DNA from: Marsupella aquatica
Taxonomy: Eukaryota; Plantae; Marchantiophyta
Reading direction: 5' to 3'
DNA length: 64,000 nt
Assembly (NCBI GenBank): GCA_973895155.1
Contig: OZ316891.1
Coordinates: 11,716,771 to 11,780,770 of the forward strand
Shown here: positions 47,561 to 61,165 of the stretch, one piece after another
Position numbering within the stretch: the stretch's first letter is position 1
How the letters are laid out: each line of letters starts with the position of its first letter
Program-made: the position numbers and the translations under genes
Notes under the pieces: model-generated
Database searches by the model: none
The model's input: only the letters and a program-made list of their open reading frames with translations
What the model was told of the DNA's origin: nothing

Positions 47561-49379
47561 AGACAACAAACTCACTTAACAAGGAGGGAGGTACTGAACT
47601 GAGAAAGGAGCTCAGCTTAAGTAGATGTGAAGCAAGTTTAAAGGAGGAGGACTAAATGCTAAGGTGAGTCACCCAAACATACAGCCTGGAGACCAGATTA
47701 TACGCAACGTTCACTTTTCCTCATACTTTCAAACTCCAAAATACTTGGAAATCTCCAAGATACATGGATCAGACAACTCTCGCTGCTGGGGAGCTGAAAG
47801 CATCGATCCTGGAGAGCTGAAAACGAGAGGCAACAGCCATGGAGTACAGCACCATCCCATCACCATCAACAGCTCACCATCAGCAGCTCACCATTAGCAG
47901 CGATCAACAACAGCCATGGAGTCCAATCCAGCAGCGAGAGCAATAGCCATGGAGTCCAACAGCGAGAGTCACATCACCATCAGCAGCGATTGTACAGTGG
48001 TTTCAGACAAGCCCTCCGCTTGTCTGAAGAGGAACGAGCCAATTCAGAGCAGACCACAGAACATCACAGAATGCAGATCTTCTACTCGAGCTTTCGTCTC
48101 TTGACCAATGCTCTCATCCGATCAATGCTCTTCTTTAGCTCTCTCGTCTGATCTCTTCCAAAGAATCCTCTTTTGTCGACCAAAGACTCCTGTATGCATA
48201 GTCCTACAAATCCCAAGCCTTACCCGAATGCGAGCCATTACGCCCTTCATTTCTAGTGTCTTAGTGACGAGTGTCTCAATCCCACCAGCCAAGCCAGCAA
48301 GTGAGGCTGAAATTGAGTGATCCAACTGATGACAATTTTGATTGGCCGAGCACCGCACCAGCAGAAGTTCACCCTCCTCTACGACATCCATACAGCAGAT
48401 ACCAGGGACAGATACCTCTCTCACGTTCATTTTGCGTGAATGAAGCACATCGACTATCATTTCAAGGGAAAAACAGAGTCCTCCTCCTCTGCTGCTACAA
48501 GGGCACTTTTGCAGTGAGATCTTTGCTTTCAGGACCAGAGGCCCGAGGACTCTAGAGGTCGTCTCGACTCCTCTAACATCGAGAGCGAGATCAGACAGCA
48601 GCAAGCAAGATCGACATCGAGAGCTAACATCGAGAGCTAAGATCAGCTTGAGTCCATCAGCCACCAGCCACAGCAGCTCGAGTCCAGCAGCCAGTAGCCA
48701 CAGCAGCTCGAGCTTTCAGCACCCACCGCAGCCACCATCAAACATCAAATTTGATCGTTCCCCAACCCTTCGCCAGCCCTCCACCAGCAGCCACTTCGCC
48801 CAGCGCCAGCCCCTTCTTGTCGACTGAACACCCTTGCCCTTTGCAAGCCCTTCCCTTGCTGCTCGATGCCTTGTCCGGAGACAAAACATAGTCAGAGCTC
48901 GAGCTCCAGCTCCAGCTCCCGCTCAAGCTCCTTTCTTTTGAGGAGGAGGACGACACCGAGACGGAGTCCAACGTGATACCCAAATCTGAGTCCACCAACG
49001 TGATGCCCACCAAGTCTACGGTTGAATGTGGGCCGGGACAAAGAGGTCGAGGTCGAGCCCACTACTCCAGCCAAGGTGCCGAGGAAGAAGAGCGCCTACG
49101 AGTTGGAGACTTTCACGCACTGGTCACTGAGGGAGTCATCGACCATCGTGCTCTCCAGCTGCCTGAGGTCGAGCGCCTCCCGCTCAAGCTCCCTTTCTCA
49201 TGAGGGAGTCATCAACCATCGCCCTGGTATCTCCAACGAGGTCTTCTCCAGCTGCCTGAGGTTGAGCGCGCGATCCCTTGGACGGCTCTTCCAACATCTA
49301 TGAGCCGACCGAGGAGTGCCTTCTAGACCTCGACAACGAAGACAATCTCGGTAAAGCTGAACAGAACTGTATCGTAAAT

Positions 49380-49620
49380 TTTTAAAAATGTACCCCTATA
49401 CCCGCCTTGGATACCCCTAACCTTGGATACCCCTATACTCCTCCTTGGGATCCTACTGCCCCACGCCATGCATACCCCCACCATTATGTACTAATTGATG
49501 CTCCCACCATTTTTGAAAATGTACCTCTATACCCGCCTTGGATACCCCAACCTTGGATACCCCTATACTCCTCCTTGGGATCCTACTGCCCCACACCTTG
49601 CATACCCCCACCATTATGTA
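49380..49620. repeat. About 131-bp tandem duplication
   Basis: aaaatgtacc...cataccccca ccattatgta occurs at 49385 and 49516. Confidence 0.9.
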
Positions 49621-51298
49621 TCTAATTGTAATTTATGCCTAAATATCTCCTTCTTTTTGCTAGATGCCAAAAGAACTTGGTATGTTCCAGGATGAGTATG
49701 CTATATCACAATAGACAATAACCAACCCTAACACCCTACCTTTATACGAGGGAAACACTTCCAGGCCATTGGAAAAACCCAGCCCCCAAGAAAACAAAAA
49801 CCCCTCACCCCTCTAAGTAAGAAAGAAAAATGGTATGGGTTGCCCTTTGGCCTAGCCTTTTGTTGGAGAGTTTGGCCATGGGTCCTTCCTTTAAAATCAG
49901 TAGAAGAAGATGTCATAAAAAAGACAAAAAGAAATAGCTGGGCGAAAAAAATCTGGGTGCCCCTATGCATTGTGGGCCAGGCATATATAGGAGTTGAGGG
50001 CAGGACCCCAAGGTAGCCTAGGCATGGGCATTGCAAGCTGCAAACACTGTGGGCAAGAGGCAAATCAATGATGAATGGTGATCAAAGGTCAGGGAAAATG
50101 CACTTTATCTCCAATGGCTGAGATTGATTATGGCCAAATATGTTTTTGTAAGCAAAGAATGCCCAAAAATAAGCAGGATTAAGTGTTACTGTTCTAATCG
50201 CAATATGATAAAATCTGTCATTGAAGTGAATTTTGCCCAAAAACCTAGGACAAGGAGTTCATTGGGAAGGCTAATAATTTTGATCCCATGTAGGACTTGG
50301 AAGCCAGACCGAGGAGTACAGAGATAGAGGCCTTGCCCCACAAGAGTCCTTTCAAGAGATTCAGTGAAGAAAGAGTCCAATGCAAGGATCATTTGATTTG
50401 ATGACATGTTTGCAAATGCCATCACCCTTGATCATACTATGCTCATCTTGGAATATGTTTCATTTTTTTGTCTGTGTGTGGGTGATTAATTGTTTTTGCT
50501 AAATTGCATAATATTTGTTAAGATTGATAATGTGCAAGAGTAGAAGTATAGCACATGCAAAGAAAAGTATTTGTTAAGACTCAGTGGGGCAAAATAAAAG
50601 AGTAGAAGTAGAGGCATGCAAGAAAATAAATTTCACATAATGACCAGAAAAGTACAAGTCTATGGTAAGAAGGTATTGAAGAGCTGTGTACACAAGGTGC
50701 AGATCCTCACTTGCTAAGTAACGAGAGTCAGATCAATCAAACCATAGACTGAGGAAGCAAAACCACAAAGAGAAGGTAAAACATAATGTTTCTAGCTCTT
50801 GAGAGCCATTTCTCTCTCTTACTCATGAGAGAAGATAAAATCTCTTGCAAGCTAAAATTAGTGAGAAAAAATAGCTCTTGGATAGCAAAGTTTTTTTTAA
50901 TTTTTAATTTTTAATTTTAATTTTATTCCGCGTGAACCCCACGGATGGGGAAAACAAGCAGGCCAAAAGGCGGCAAGCCATCGAGGGCAGAAAAAAGCAA
51001 ATACCCCATAACAACCGGAGAGGGTGTAGTCAGAGCAGGAGGGCTCCCTTCAGAGTGGACACAGTCCAAAGCACAACATGCTGATCAGGCCTTAAAAACA
51101 GCAATGTGGATCCTAATAGTGTTCACCCTAGTTGGCCACTATAGTACTGTAGAGCCTGGCTAATCGTAGACTTCAAAGTAATAGCAGAATGTTTGCCTGG
51201 TTATACCTATGAGAGATAGCCTCAACCAAGATTTAACACAAGTCAGTGTGTAACAGTGCGGTGTACACCGCTACCAAGGATCCTAAGTTGCTCCGCTG

Positions 51299-54200
51299 TT
51301 AGAAGTGAGATGGCTTGAGTGAGCCGGTGGTGTTCCTGCCCAGGGCAGAAGCCGTAGCAACAGCAGTCAAGTGATCTAAGGTTTCAGAAAAGATCAGTAT
51401 CTGATCAAAAGTTCTCAGCTTAGAACGGTCAAACGTTTGAGAATTTCTCGCCAGCCAAATGCACCACAGTGATTGATGTAAGAGGAAGAGACGCAAAGTA
51501 GTCAAAGGCTCCTTCCCCAAGGTGGATGAGAGCAAGCCAACAATAGACACGTGTCCAATGTTGAGTAGTCCATTCATCCAGCTCCTGGCCAAACTCCAGC
51601 AACAGGTCGCGTGTCTGCAAAAAAGGAAAATGTGGGGAATAGTTTCCACAGTGCCGACACACAGAGTACAGGAGCCATCAGATTTGTCCATCCTGAGAGC
51701 CCTAGAGCCAGAGAAGAGCCCCTGATCCAAAATCCGCCAAAGAAAAGTTTTTGCCTTAGTGGAGAGATCAGCACTCCACACCACTACCCAGACCCTGCCC
51801 CATTCAGCCTCAGTCAGGGTTTCATTCCAGATCCGGTTAAGCTTGCCAAAGTCAGAGCCCTTAGGGTGGAGCATTTCATACACCCGGTGATTAGAGAGCC
51901 TAAAGCAGTGGGGAGCAACATCTTTGTCAAGCCACCGCCATTGCCTGGCTATAGAGTCAAAAGCATGTCCCCTGAAGGCTGATCCGTGAATAGCCTGGAA
52001 AAAGGCCAGCGTCCCCTATTTTGCCTCCCGAGAGAGTCCCCTGAAGCGTGACAGCAAAGCATCCACAGATTTCCACTCATTGTCCGCATCAGACCACAGG
52101 TCAGAAACAGATCGAAAACCCAGACGGCCACAAATCTTAACAATCTCCAAAAGGTGCGACTCAGGAAGGTCATAGAAGCCTATCATACTCCGTAGCAGAT
52201 CCTCCATACCCCAGTGGCCAGGGATAGCAAATCCCCCAGGTGAGAAAATAAGATTGGCTCACACTAGATCCCAAGCAGCCCATAGTTGACCAGTGTAGAT
52301 GAATCTCCCAAAAGAGCGTGGGGTGCTGAGTAGCATCTTGTCCGACATCGAGTACCTATTCCTGCGTACTGTCTTATAGTTCCTCCATTTGATTAGGGTG
52401 AGATTCTCTGCATACAATAAAGCCCATTCAGAAGTTGGATGATTGAGGGCTCCGGTGAACCACTTACTCAACAGTGCATCAGAGTGGCTTCGAAAATCCT
52501 TCAGATCGAGGCCACCATCTCCCTTGGGCCGAGTAAGCTTCTCCCATGCCACCAGTGGAACACGCTTGCCCCCCAGCTCATTAGTGCCCCATAAAAAGGT
52601 TCTGCTCAGAGCAATCAATTTCTTGGTCAATGCATGAGGTGACCGCAGGAACATCATGTGGTACACCGGAATGGCCTGCAACACATGCCTCACTAGTAAC
52701 AATCTGCCAGTAAAAGATAAAAAGCGTGTTGACCAAGAGGAAAGCCTGGATCCAATACGATCAAGACAGAAGGAATGCAACTGGCTCTCCGATAATCTAC
52801 TCCCAAAAGGGGCACCCAGATACTTCTGGACGGTACCAGGGTCACTGATGACGCACCCGAAGTCCTTCAGTCAATCAGGAATCACATCCAAAGAGAGTGG
52901 AATAACAATAGATTTTCTCAGGTTTAGCTTGGCTCCCGTTGCAGTCTCATAGCAATGAATTGCGTCACAAGCTTGATTAAAGGCCACCTCCATAGCAGGG
53001 ATAAAAAGACCTAAGTCATCAGCAAAAAGACGGAAACAGATATTCAGAGACCGAGAAACCTGGATACCTTGTAGCCTACCAGCATGGATTTCAGCACTGA
53101 AAAAGTCCATCAACGGCTGTGTGGAGAGAGCAAAAAGTAAGGGTGACAGGGGGCAGCCCTGTCTCACACCCCGAAGCATCCGAACATTGGATGTCCAGAG
53201 TCCATTAACAAGTACCTTGGAGCTTGCATTACTGAGGAGCGATTTAACTACAAAGATAAAATGAGGGCCAAGCCCTAGCAGGTGCATTGTTTCCCAGATA
53301 TACGAGTGGTCTACCCAATCAAAAGCTTTTTCGAAATCCAATTTGAGGAAGAGAGCAGGGGTTTCTGTGTAGCTGAGCCAGTCATTCATTAACCAGGTTA
53401 GAGAGATGTTTTCTAAGATGTGACGACCAGGGATAAAGCCGGTTTGCTGAGGATTGATCAGCTTAGGGAGAAGCACCTTCAATCTCAGAGCCAACAACTT
53501 AGCCAGAATTTTGTATGTGGTTGTCAGCATAGTTAAAGGTCGCCAGTCACTTAGTTTCCTTTTATCAGTTTTCTTGGGGATGAATCGAATCACCCCATCT
53601 TTGATGCATTGTGCAAGCTCTCCCGTCCTCCAAAACTCACAGACCATGCAGTGAAAGTCTACTTTCATAAACTCCCAACAGGCCTTGAACACCTCCGCAG
53701 TCATCCCGTCCACCCCTGGAGCTTTGTCAGCAGGCAGCAACAACAATGAATTGTGTAATTCTTGTAAGGATGGAAGCTCTGCAAGTCTCCGGATTTCACC
53801 AACAGAAGGGGCAAAGTGCGTGTGACTGCTCAACATCCTGCGGGCAACTGATCTCTCTCTCAGGAGCACCGGGCTCATCTCGGGTGGCGAATATAGTTCC
53901 TCACAGTATTGATGCACTTCCTCCACAATAAGTGTTTCATCCTGGATCACCCTGCCTCCTTCAACTAATAGAATTTCCATTTTTTCCCTCAGACGTTTAG
54001 CCTTTACTAAGGAGAAATAGAATTTAGATGGTTCGTCTCCCTGGCCAAGCCATTTAATCCGGGAGAGCCTGCGGTTGTGACGTGCTTCTTCAAGATCCAT
54101 CGTGCGAACACTGTCCGCCGTGGAGGAGAAGTCTCTGATGCTATCCAGTGAGTAGTCATCCATGATAGTGATTTTTAAAAGACGTAGCTTCTCTTTAAGT

Positions 54201-55162
54201 CGAGACAGTTCAGCGTCCCTGGGTAACTTCAGGGACTGGAGCTCCATGTAGCAACTACGAAGCCTTTGAAATGCCCGGTCAAATTTCAAGTGGGGGGGAG
54301 CCGGATCTTCAGCACCAGCATCCCAAGCCAATTTAAGTCGTTCCAGATTCCTGTTGTCTCAGAGCACGGCCGGATTGGCCTTAAAGTAAGTGCCTCTGCG
54401 CATCAATGATTCCACCAGGGTAATTGGTCCCAGACGGAAAGAAACAATCACAGGATCATGATCGGACAAGGCAGAAGTTCTGTCATGAGTGAGATCAACA
54501 AGCTCGTCAGTCCATCTTCCTTTCTCGCTGAAGTAGAACCTATCAAGGCGGGATTGAATAAGTACACCATTGCGCACCCTGCGCCAAGTAAACCTGGAAC
54601 CTGCCACCTCGTCCAGAATGGTAAGCGCGTCTTGCAAATCGAGGCAAGTTTTTAGAAACCTCCAAAACTCCAACTCTCGACCAGAAATCAGAGGGGACAG
54701 ACCGGTAGAATCGCAGCAAAGTTCAGTCATATTAAAATCCCCACAGAGAATCCAGCGGTCACTAGGGAGTTCATTTCGAAGGTTGTTCCACAGCAAGATC
54801 CGCTCACCCGTAGTATTCGGTGCATATATTGATATCAGGCCAAAATTTCCCCCTGCATGCGCCAACCGGGCCCATACAGCACGTCCCTTATCTAACAAAC
54901 CGGTAGAAAGAACAGTAAAAGAGGGGTGGAGGAGAATGGCCGATCCTCCCCTACCCCCATCTGGGGCAGAATAGAAGTGGTGGTAAGTAGGTAAAATAGT
55001 TCTGAGTGCAATGTCCAGACGAAAGCTGTCAGCTTTAACCTCTTGCAGGGCCAGGGCATCCAGAGGAGTGCGTAGGGAAGAAATCCATTTGGCCACCACC
55101 AATTTTCGGTCAGGATCACATAGGCCGCACACATTCCATGAGGCAAAACAAAAAATCTTCAT
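51299..55162 (-). pseudogene. LINE ORF2 (APE endonuclease, RT, zf-RVT) broken by in-frame stops
   Basis: SWNVCGL, LQEVK, GDFN, SRLDRF, SDHDPV; KAPGVDG, QTGFIPGR, KLDFEKAFD, GVRQGCPLSP, FADD, YLGAP; CTLC...ETIPHIFLFC. Confidence 0.92.
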
Positions 55163-55433
55163 CAGCCTCCCTCCCCACCAGGGATGACATGCAAGGGGGA
55201 GAGGTCACCAGGTGTTGTTAGAGGCCTCCAGACCCAGCTCCCCGGGGAGCCATGCTTCCTGAAGGTAAAATCCCACTAGGGGGTGAAGATGAGAAAGCAG
55301 TAGACCGCACAGGAGCCACAGCTCCGGGAGGAGAAACAACAGATTTCTGCTTCATCTCCCGAGAGAGCCGACGTCCTAGCGTCACCCAACCCTCAGCATC
55401 CTGCACATGAGAATCAGAGGAGAACTATAAGGA

Positions 55434-57399
55434 TCATTGATTTTTGGCTTTCTTCTTGCCACTCTCCTTCTTCTTTTCGTTAGGTGGTGAGCGCCTAGCC
55501 AGCTTCCTAGCCCGCTCCTTCTTAATAGCGGTGCAAGATATGAAACCTTCGTATTCGGATAACTCCATGTCAGAAGGGATATCCGATGCCGAGAGCTCCT
55601 CATCGCCTTCATCCATTTCTTCAGAAGCCCCCTGGATATGCTCAAGACGTGTCTCAGTTGGTAACACAAGGGCCAGAGCCAAAGGGTCCGCTTCAGACTC
55701 CTCAGGAGCCTCCAAAAGTGCGAGGGGAGCAACAGTGTTCAACTCTTGTAATTCATGGAGAACTCTGGGCATTTCTTCTTGATCCGATAACAACTGGGTA
55801 GCTGTGACTTCTAAACTGAGAGTTACAACAGACTCATCAATAGCCCGAGCAATCACCACGGGGGGGGCCAGGGCTATCATCTAAAGGAACAGTCCCGAAC
55901 AACACGATTTCGTTATCAAGCGGTTCACCAGGATTGAGAAGTGGTAAGGCCAACTCGCCAATGGGTGGAAGCTCCGTGTGTGCAGCTTCAGAGCGTCGAC
56001 AGTCACTAGAGGTCGGCGGGGGTACCCTCGTGACCAGGTTAGGAGTGTCAGACGCAGGAGGAGGGGGTGGGATTAGCACATCCTCCTCAATAGAGGCCGC
56101 AGGTGCCTCATGAAGTTGGCAGTCCCGTGCAAGATGTCCCTTCATTTGACATCGATAGCAGTGGAAGGGGATGTTCTTAAAAATCACAGGCTGCCAAATG
56201 GAAAGGCCCACCTTAATCTGCACCTCAACACTCCATGGCACCTCTCGTTGAGTATCCCATAGTATACAAGCCCGGTCATGCGGGTAGGAGCTCAACATAT
56301 CACCCTGGATGTAGTGTAAAATATCCCCAAGGGAAGAAGCCAACCTCCTGCGGCAAGGCTCCAACACAAGAGCACGAAAAGGAACTTCGATCCACACTGG
56401 CAGCATCGTGTAAGATTCATTTAGCACATCAAACGAAGGGTCCCACGGAAAAGAGAAAACAAATTTTTGATCCAGAAACCATGGGGCACCAGCTAGCGCC
56501 AGATCCCGGTGTTCTGGATGCTGGAATACCACCATATAGAAATTTTTCCCCACAAATTTCACTTGGGTAACAGGCCACTGCTGCTCCTTCACAAAGGTAT
56601 TAGTCACCCAAAATTTGAAGGTGGGTAACATAGGAGTCCTATCAGTAAAATAACACATCATTGTACAATTAAAGAGCTCCTTCACTGTATCCGCAGCTTC
56701 TTCTAGTGACCAGGAGATAGTGGTATGCAGTTTAGAAGGCCAGTCTTGCACGGAAAGATCGACAATCCTTCTCAAAATGGGAACACATGCTTCAGCTTCC
56801 TCAGCTCGTACATGAGCAGGGGTCTGTGAAGATGCAAAAGGTCCCCTCGTAGAGGGTCTGGCAGGAGTGCCAGGGACATTCAAACGTGGAGTAGCATCGA
56901 TCGATTGATCAATAAGCATATCTTCTTCATCCCTTTCGCCGATGTCCTCGCGAAAGTATTCCCCGTAGTCCGCCTTTCCCCGTCCCTCCAGAGAGTCCAT
57001 TATCGTGTTCTCATCCGGAATAGGGGCAGGGCAATGTGAAAATCCATCCGCATTGGTGCCAGAGGTACGTAATCCAAACCAGCTCTGTTTAGCTTCCGCA
57101 GAAGTGGAAGCAGAATTCACCTAATTGCTCTTCGATCTCCCCTCAGGAATTCCATCAGATCTAACATCCTGATGAGAGAAAGTAGCATCAGTCCGTTCTG
57201 AGTGCCTCGTATCAGTTGCTAGATGTTGTGCCCCCTTCTCAGCAGCACGAGAGCCCAAATTCGACCAGTGCCCAGCACCACCTTCCGCATCCCTCCTGAG
57301 GGATTGGTTCCTCATGAGGTCACCACGGCCGCCACCAGTAATTTCCCCGGTACCCCGCCATAGAGCCTTGCCCTGCAGAGTTAAGCCACATTGAGTCAA
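55434..57399 (-). pseudogene. LINE ORF1 (DUF4283 plus CCHC zinc knuckle)
   Basis: GAPWFLD...WDPSF...PVWIEVP, CYRCQMKGHLARDC. In-frame TAG at 57121 and a frameshift near 55860. Confidence 0.8.
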
Positions 57400-58350
57400 G
57401 CAAGGGCATTCTACCCTAGGAATCGCACGTCGTCAGCAATGTCAACAGTGCCATGCATTCGATCCCATTTTCCTTATTCGCACAGCAGTATTAGGCTAAG
57501 TCAAAGTTCCCAGTAGTTTGTCCAATCACAGATATGGAACATTTATCGGCACCTTCACAACTCAAACTCCAAGTGAAAAGGATCTTCGAAAGCCCCGCGA
57601 AGTCTGAGAGGATTACGAAGCTTCTCAACCACCACTCTAATCACGCAACCAGCTCCCCGTAAGTATGTCCAGACACGTCTTTTCGCTCTGGTCCAGATAG
57701 AAGTCCACGGTTGCAGGCAAGCCTTGATCAATCACCTCCTTGACGAGCCCATCCTTACAGTAACCCCCAAGCACTTCTTATGCGCAAAATCCTTAGTACC
57801 TCGATGGGACAGCAAAAGACGAAGGCAGACCCTAGTCTAAGCAAAGCTCTAGATCGTCATCGTTAGAGCGCCTAAAGAGTCAAGGTTTGGCTTCAAAGAT
57901 AGTAATCGAGACCTCCACGTAGGAGGTTAAAGGACAGAAGTTCACAGCAGCAGAATCAATCCGCAACAACAACCAAGAAATCCCAGACCTGAGTGCACAC
58001 AGTCCATCAGTTCCGCCCAGCTCGTTTTTCAGTCCAACAACCCGTTGGATAGCAAAGATTAGAAACATTTAGAGGCCCGGTACCAAAATAAATTTGAAAC
58101 CCAAATGATACAAATAATGCAGCCTTGCCAAGGCACATTGAAAGTATGACAAACTAAGACAAAATATTGAACGGTGGATTTGCCATGCAATACAACAACA
58201 TCAAATCAAACTGATGAGTGACCTTGATTTGATGGCATTTTTACAAAGGCCATCAATCTTGATAAGAGAGTGATGTTTGGCTATCCTCTTGGGAAACTTG
58301 AACATTTGAGGCATAGGGAGAGAATCTCTAATTGATAGAGGAGAGAATAT

Positions 58351-58661
58351 TGTTGGGGATCTAATCGGACAACATGCATGATAGCAAATAAACTAGCATA
58401 CACAATGAATTGACACCAACAAGGAGAGTACGTGGTTCACCTCATCTGGGCTACGTCCACGGCCATGAGAGAAGAATCAATATTATGAACATAACAAGTA
58501 TGTCCACCCCTGGCTTCACTATGACCTGACCTCTCTTACCCTCCAGCCACTGCACACACAGAAGACTGAACTCTCAAATGTGTCATCCATTTGGGTATAC
58601 CCCATCCCATGGTCTATGAGAACTTGGAACTCAACTGAGTGACCCGAGGCATAACCTAACA
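58351..58661. mobile_element. Copia-type solo LTR
   Basis: TGTTGG...CTAACA ends; flanks aatat/aatac (4/5 TSD). Shares tacgtggttcacctc...ggctacgtccacgg with the LTRs at 16177 and 22305. Confidence 0.75.
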
Positions 58662-59294
58662 AATACCTATTTGATTGGCATGTTGACCTCTCTAGGAATG
58701 TGGTGTTCAGAAAGGGAAATAAAAGGTGGAGGATGGGTAGAGATGGTGGTGTTATCCTGTGAATGATAATGATGCTCTAGGTCAAGTAGGGGCTCAATTA
58801 CAAACCCCAACCACATGGGATCTAAAAATATATATAAATTCTAATAGGCTTTTGACCAAAATTCTATAAAGTGTTGTAAGTAAAATAAAGTATTTACAAC
58901 AGAAAAGTCAAACATATTTGATATTGTACACTTTGTATAAAGTAGAAATGGGTCATTTAAGAAATAAATAAAACATTCTCCTTCTAAATATAAGCATTTG
59001 TATTAGATTATTAGATCATCATCACAAGATTCGAGAAAATATACTAAGCTACCTTTAGAGTGATGATGAGGATAGCCTCCAGCTAGAGTGTATGGGCATA
59101 GAGGACACACTAGTGCGGGCACAATAGGGTGGACCTTGTCTCTTAGTTTGACACTTTGTTCTTTGGCACTCTGATATACAGGTAATTTAGTAACTTGTGA
59201 ACTGATAGAAAGCTCAGACACAAAAGCTTGATAAAATGCTTGGGTGGACTCACACAACCTTGATAAGTACAATTCAATCCAAGGAGCGTAAATG

Positions 59295-59775
59295 AACATA
59301 GAAATGACAACAAAAATGATCATGCATGTATATCATTTTTACATATTTATAATATCCATCCTTTTTTTTCATCCACATAAATCTCAGTGGGGCTTTAGAG
59401 TCACGTCACTCTAGAGCCTAGACCCACACTCCATTTTCTCATGGTGATTAGTGACATAGATGACAAAACTAATCATGCATGATATCATTTTAACATGCAC
59501 AATATTCAATTCTTCTTTCCATCCACAAAAGTGGGAGGGGCCCTAGTGTCAGGGTGTAGAGGCTTCACTCTAGAAGCATAGACCCGAACTCTAGCTTCTC
59601 ACGCACAGTCACTTATATAGATTGTGATTAGTCTCCCAAACCAAGCTTTTTATCTATGGGACCGTCACTTACATAGATATAGATAGATTGTGATTAGTCC
59701 CCCAAACCAAGCTTTGCATCTATGGGACCGTCACTTATATTGATTGTGATTAGTCTCCCAAACCCAGCATTGTAT
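59295..59775. repeat. Short diverged tandem duplications
   Basis: About 160-bp pair (catagaaatgacaac... / catagatgacaaaac...) and three copies of gattgtgattagtc.cccaaacc. Confidence 0.7.
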
Positions 59776-61165
59776 CTCTGTAGCTTTTCTTTCAGTAAGG
59801 ACAATTTTGTAGAAATAAGGTATTGGACGCACCATATGAGCCGTCGATTGTGTATTCCAACGGACCATCACGATCGCTCGCCTTCGACGGAGCCGATGGA
59901 GTTGCCGAAGCTGGGGGTACCGACAAGAAGAGCCGGGGGTGGAGCCGGGGGCCAAGCAGGCCGGTCACTCTGGCAGCCGGCCAGCGAGCCAGCCAGACCG
60001 GCAAAGGCCACGGTGACTCGACCAGCTGGCTCGCTGGCCGGAACTCCGGAAGGGAAGATGGGGCAGAGCGCATGTCGGGGATGTCGTCGCCTCGGATTGG
60101 GATCGAAGCTCTTCTTCTGTTCTTCAGCTCCCCACTGTTCTCTCCGCGATGGTGGTGGCGGCAGTGGCAATGAATATGCGCTGCGCCTCGTGACCTCGTC
60201 CCCTCACTCGCCACGTTAGGCGAATGTCTGTCCTGTGCTGTTGCTCCTACCTGCATCAAAACAGCCTGAGGCTCGTCATCCCTCGAGAATCCGTCGAAAA
60301 GGTTACGGTAATCACAAAACCATAATGAGAATGCGGGATTTCGCAGACCGAACGGATGAGTGTACATAGTTTTAGTCTCGGGCAGTGGTTCGACTTCCGG
60401 TTGCGCACTCACCACTGTACAACAGCGGACGTTGTTTACGAAGACGAGGGTGACGCGGTCTGGGAGGAGAATGCTTCATTTGCTATAGCACGAGGTGAGA
60501 GAAGAGTGGTTTGTCGGACGGAGGAAGGGAGCTCGGGCAGGGCTGTGAAGTGTAATCGAAGCTGTGAGTGTTTTGAAGGAATCGCAATGTCCTCTATTGT
60601 CTTGGGAGTCCATTCTTGGGAGCGTTTTTTTTTGCCTTTGAGAGATTCGAGAAATCATCGTTGTGGATTTCGGTTTTTCTCTCTTTTTATTTGAGCAGGA
60701 AAAATATAAATTTCTTTTCTCTCGGATTTGTTACTTGATCCGCATGTCTTTCGCCTTCTTGTGCTTTGCCATTTTAGTGACGAGCTTATTTATCTGACGA
60801 GGTTGTAGAAGAGCAAGTGTTTCGGGTTAGTGTTTTTGTCTTTTTGGGCATCTGCGCTCTAGGAAGTTGTGAATGTGGCTTGTGATTCTGAGCTTTTGTG
60901 TCATTCGTTGTCTGGGATGGGTTATGCAGATCTTGTTAGACAGTCCTGCGGAGTCAGCTCTGAGGAATTTGGCGACGTTGGCTCGTCCGTGATCTTTGTT
61001 TAAAATATTGCTGGCGCATTGAGATTCGGACTTCCCATTGTCAATGCTCCCTTTGCCGCAAGAAGTCCATTGTGTATCCCTGCCTCCCTCTGCCAGATTT
61101 TGCGACGATACTTGCGCCGAGAGTCTACAAACCTCAAATTAATATACCTCTAGCCGGGGGCAATC

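Larger units (their letters stand above)
50891..58044 (-). mobile_element. Full-length L1-clade LINE (about 7.15 kb), inactivated
   Basis: 13-bp TSD ttggatagcaaag at 50878-50890 and 58045-58057. A-rich tail at 50891-50927. ORF1 and ORF2 remnants in the expected order. Confidence 0.93.

Noticed and set aside
48122-49303. ORFs of 60-180 aa
   Set aside because: Low-complexity GC-rich sequence with no family motifs.
51038-51070. gctcccttcag similarity to a miR319 site
   Set aside because: Only 11 nt match, mispaired at the miRNA 5' end, and antisense to the LINE.
59722-60694. Several overlapping GC-rich ORFs
   Set aside because: No recognisable domain; consistent with promoter or 5' UTR DNA of the downstream gene.
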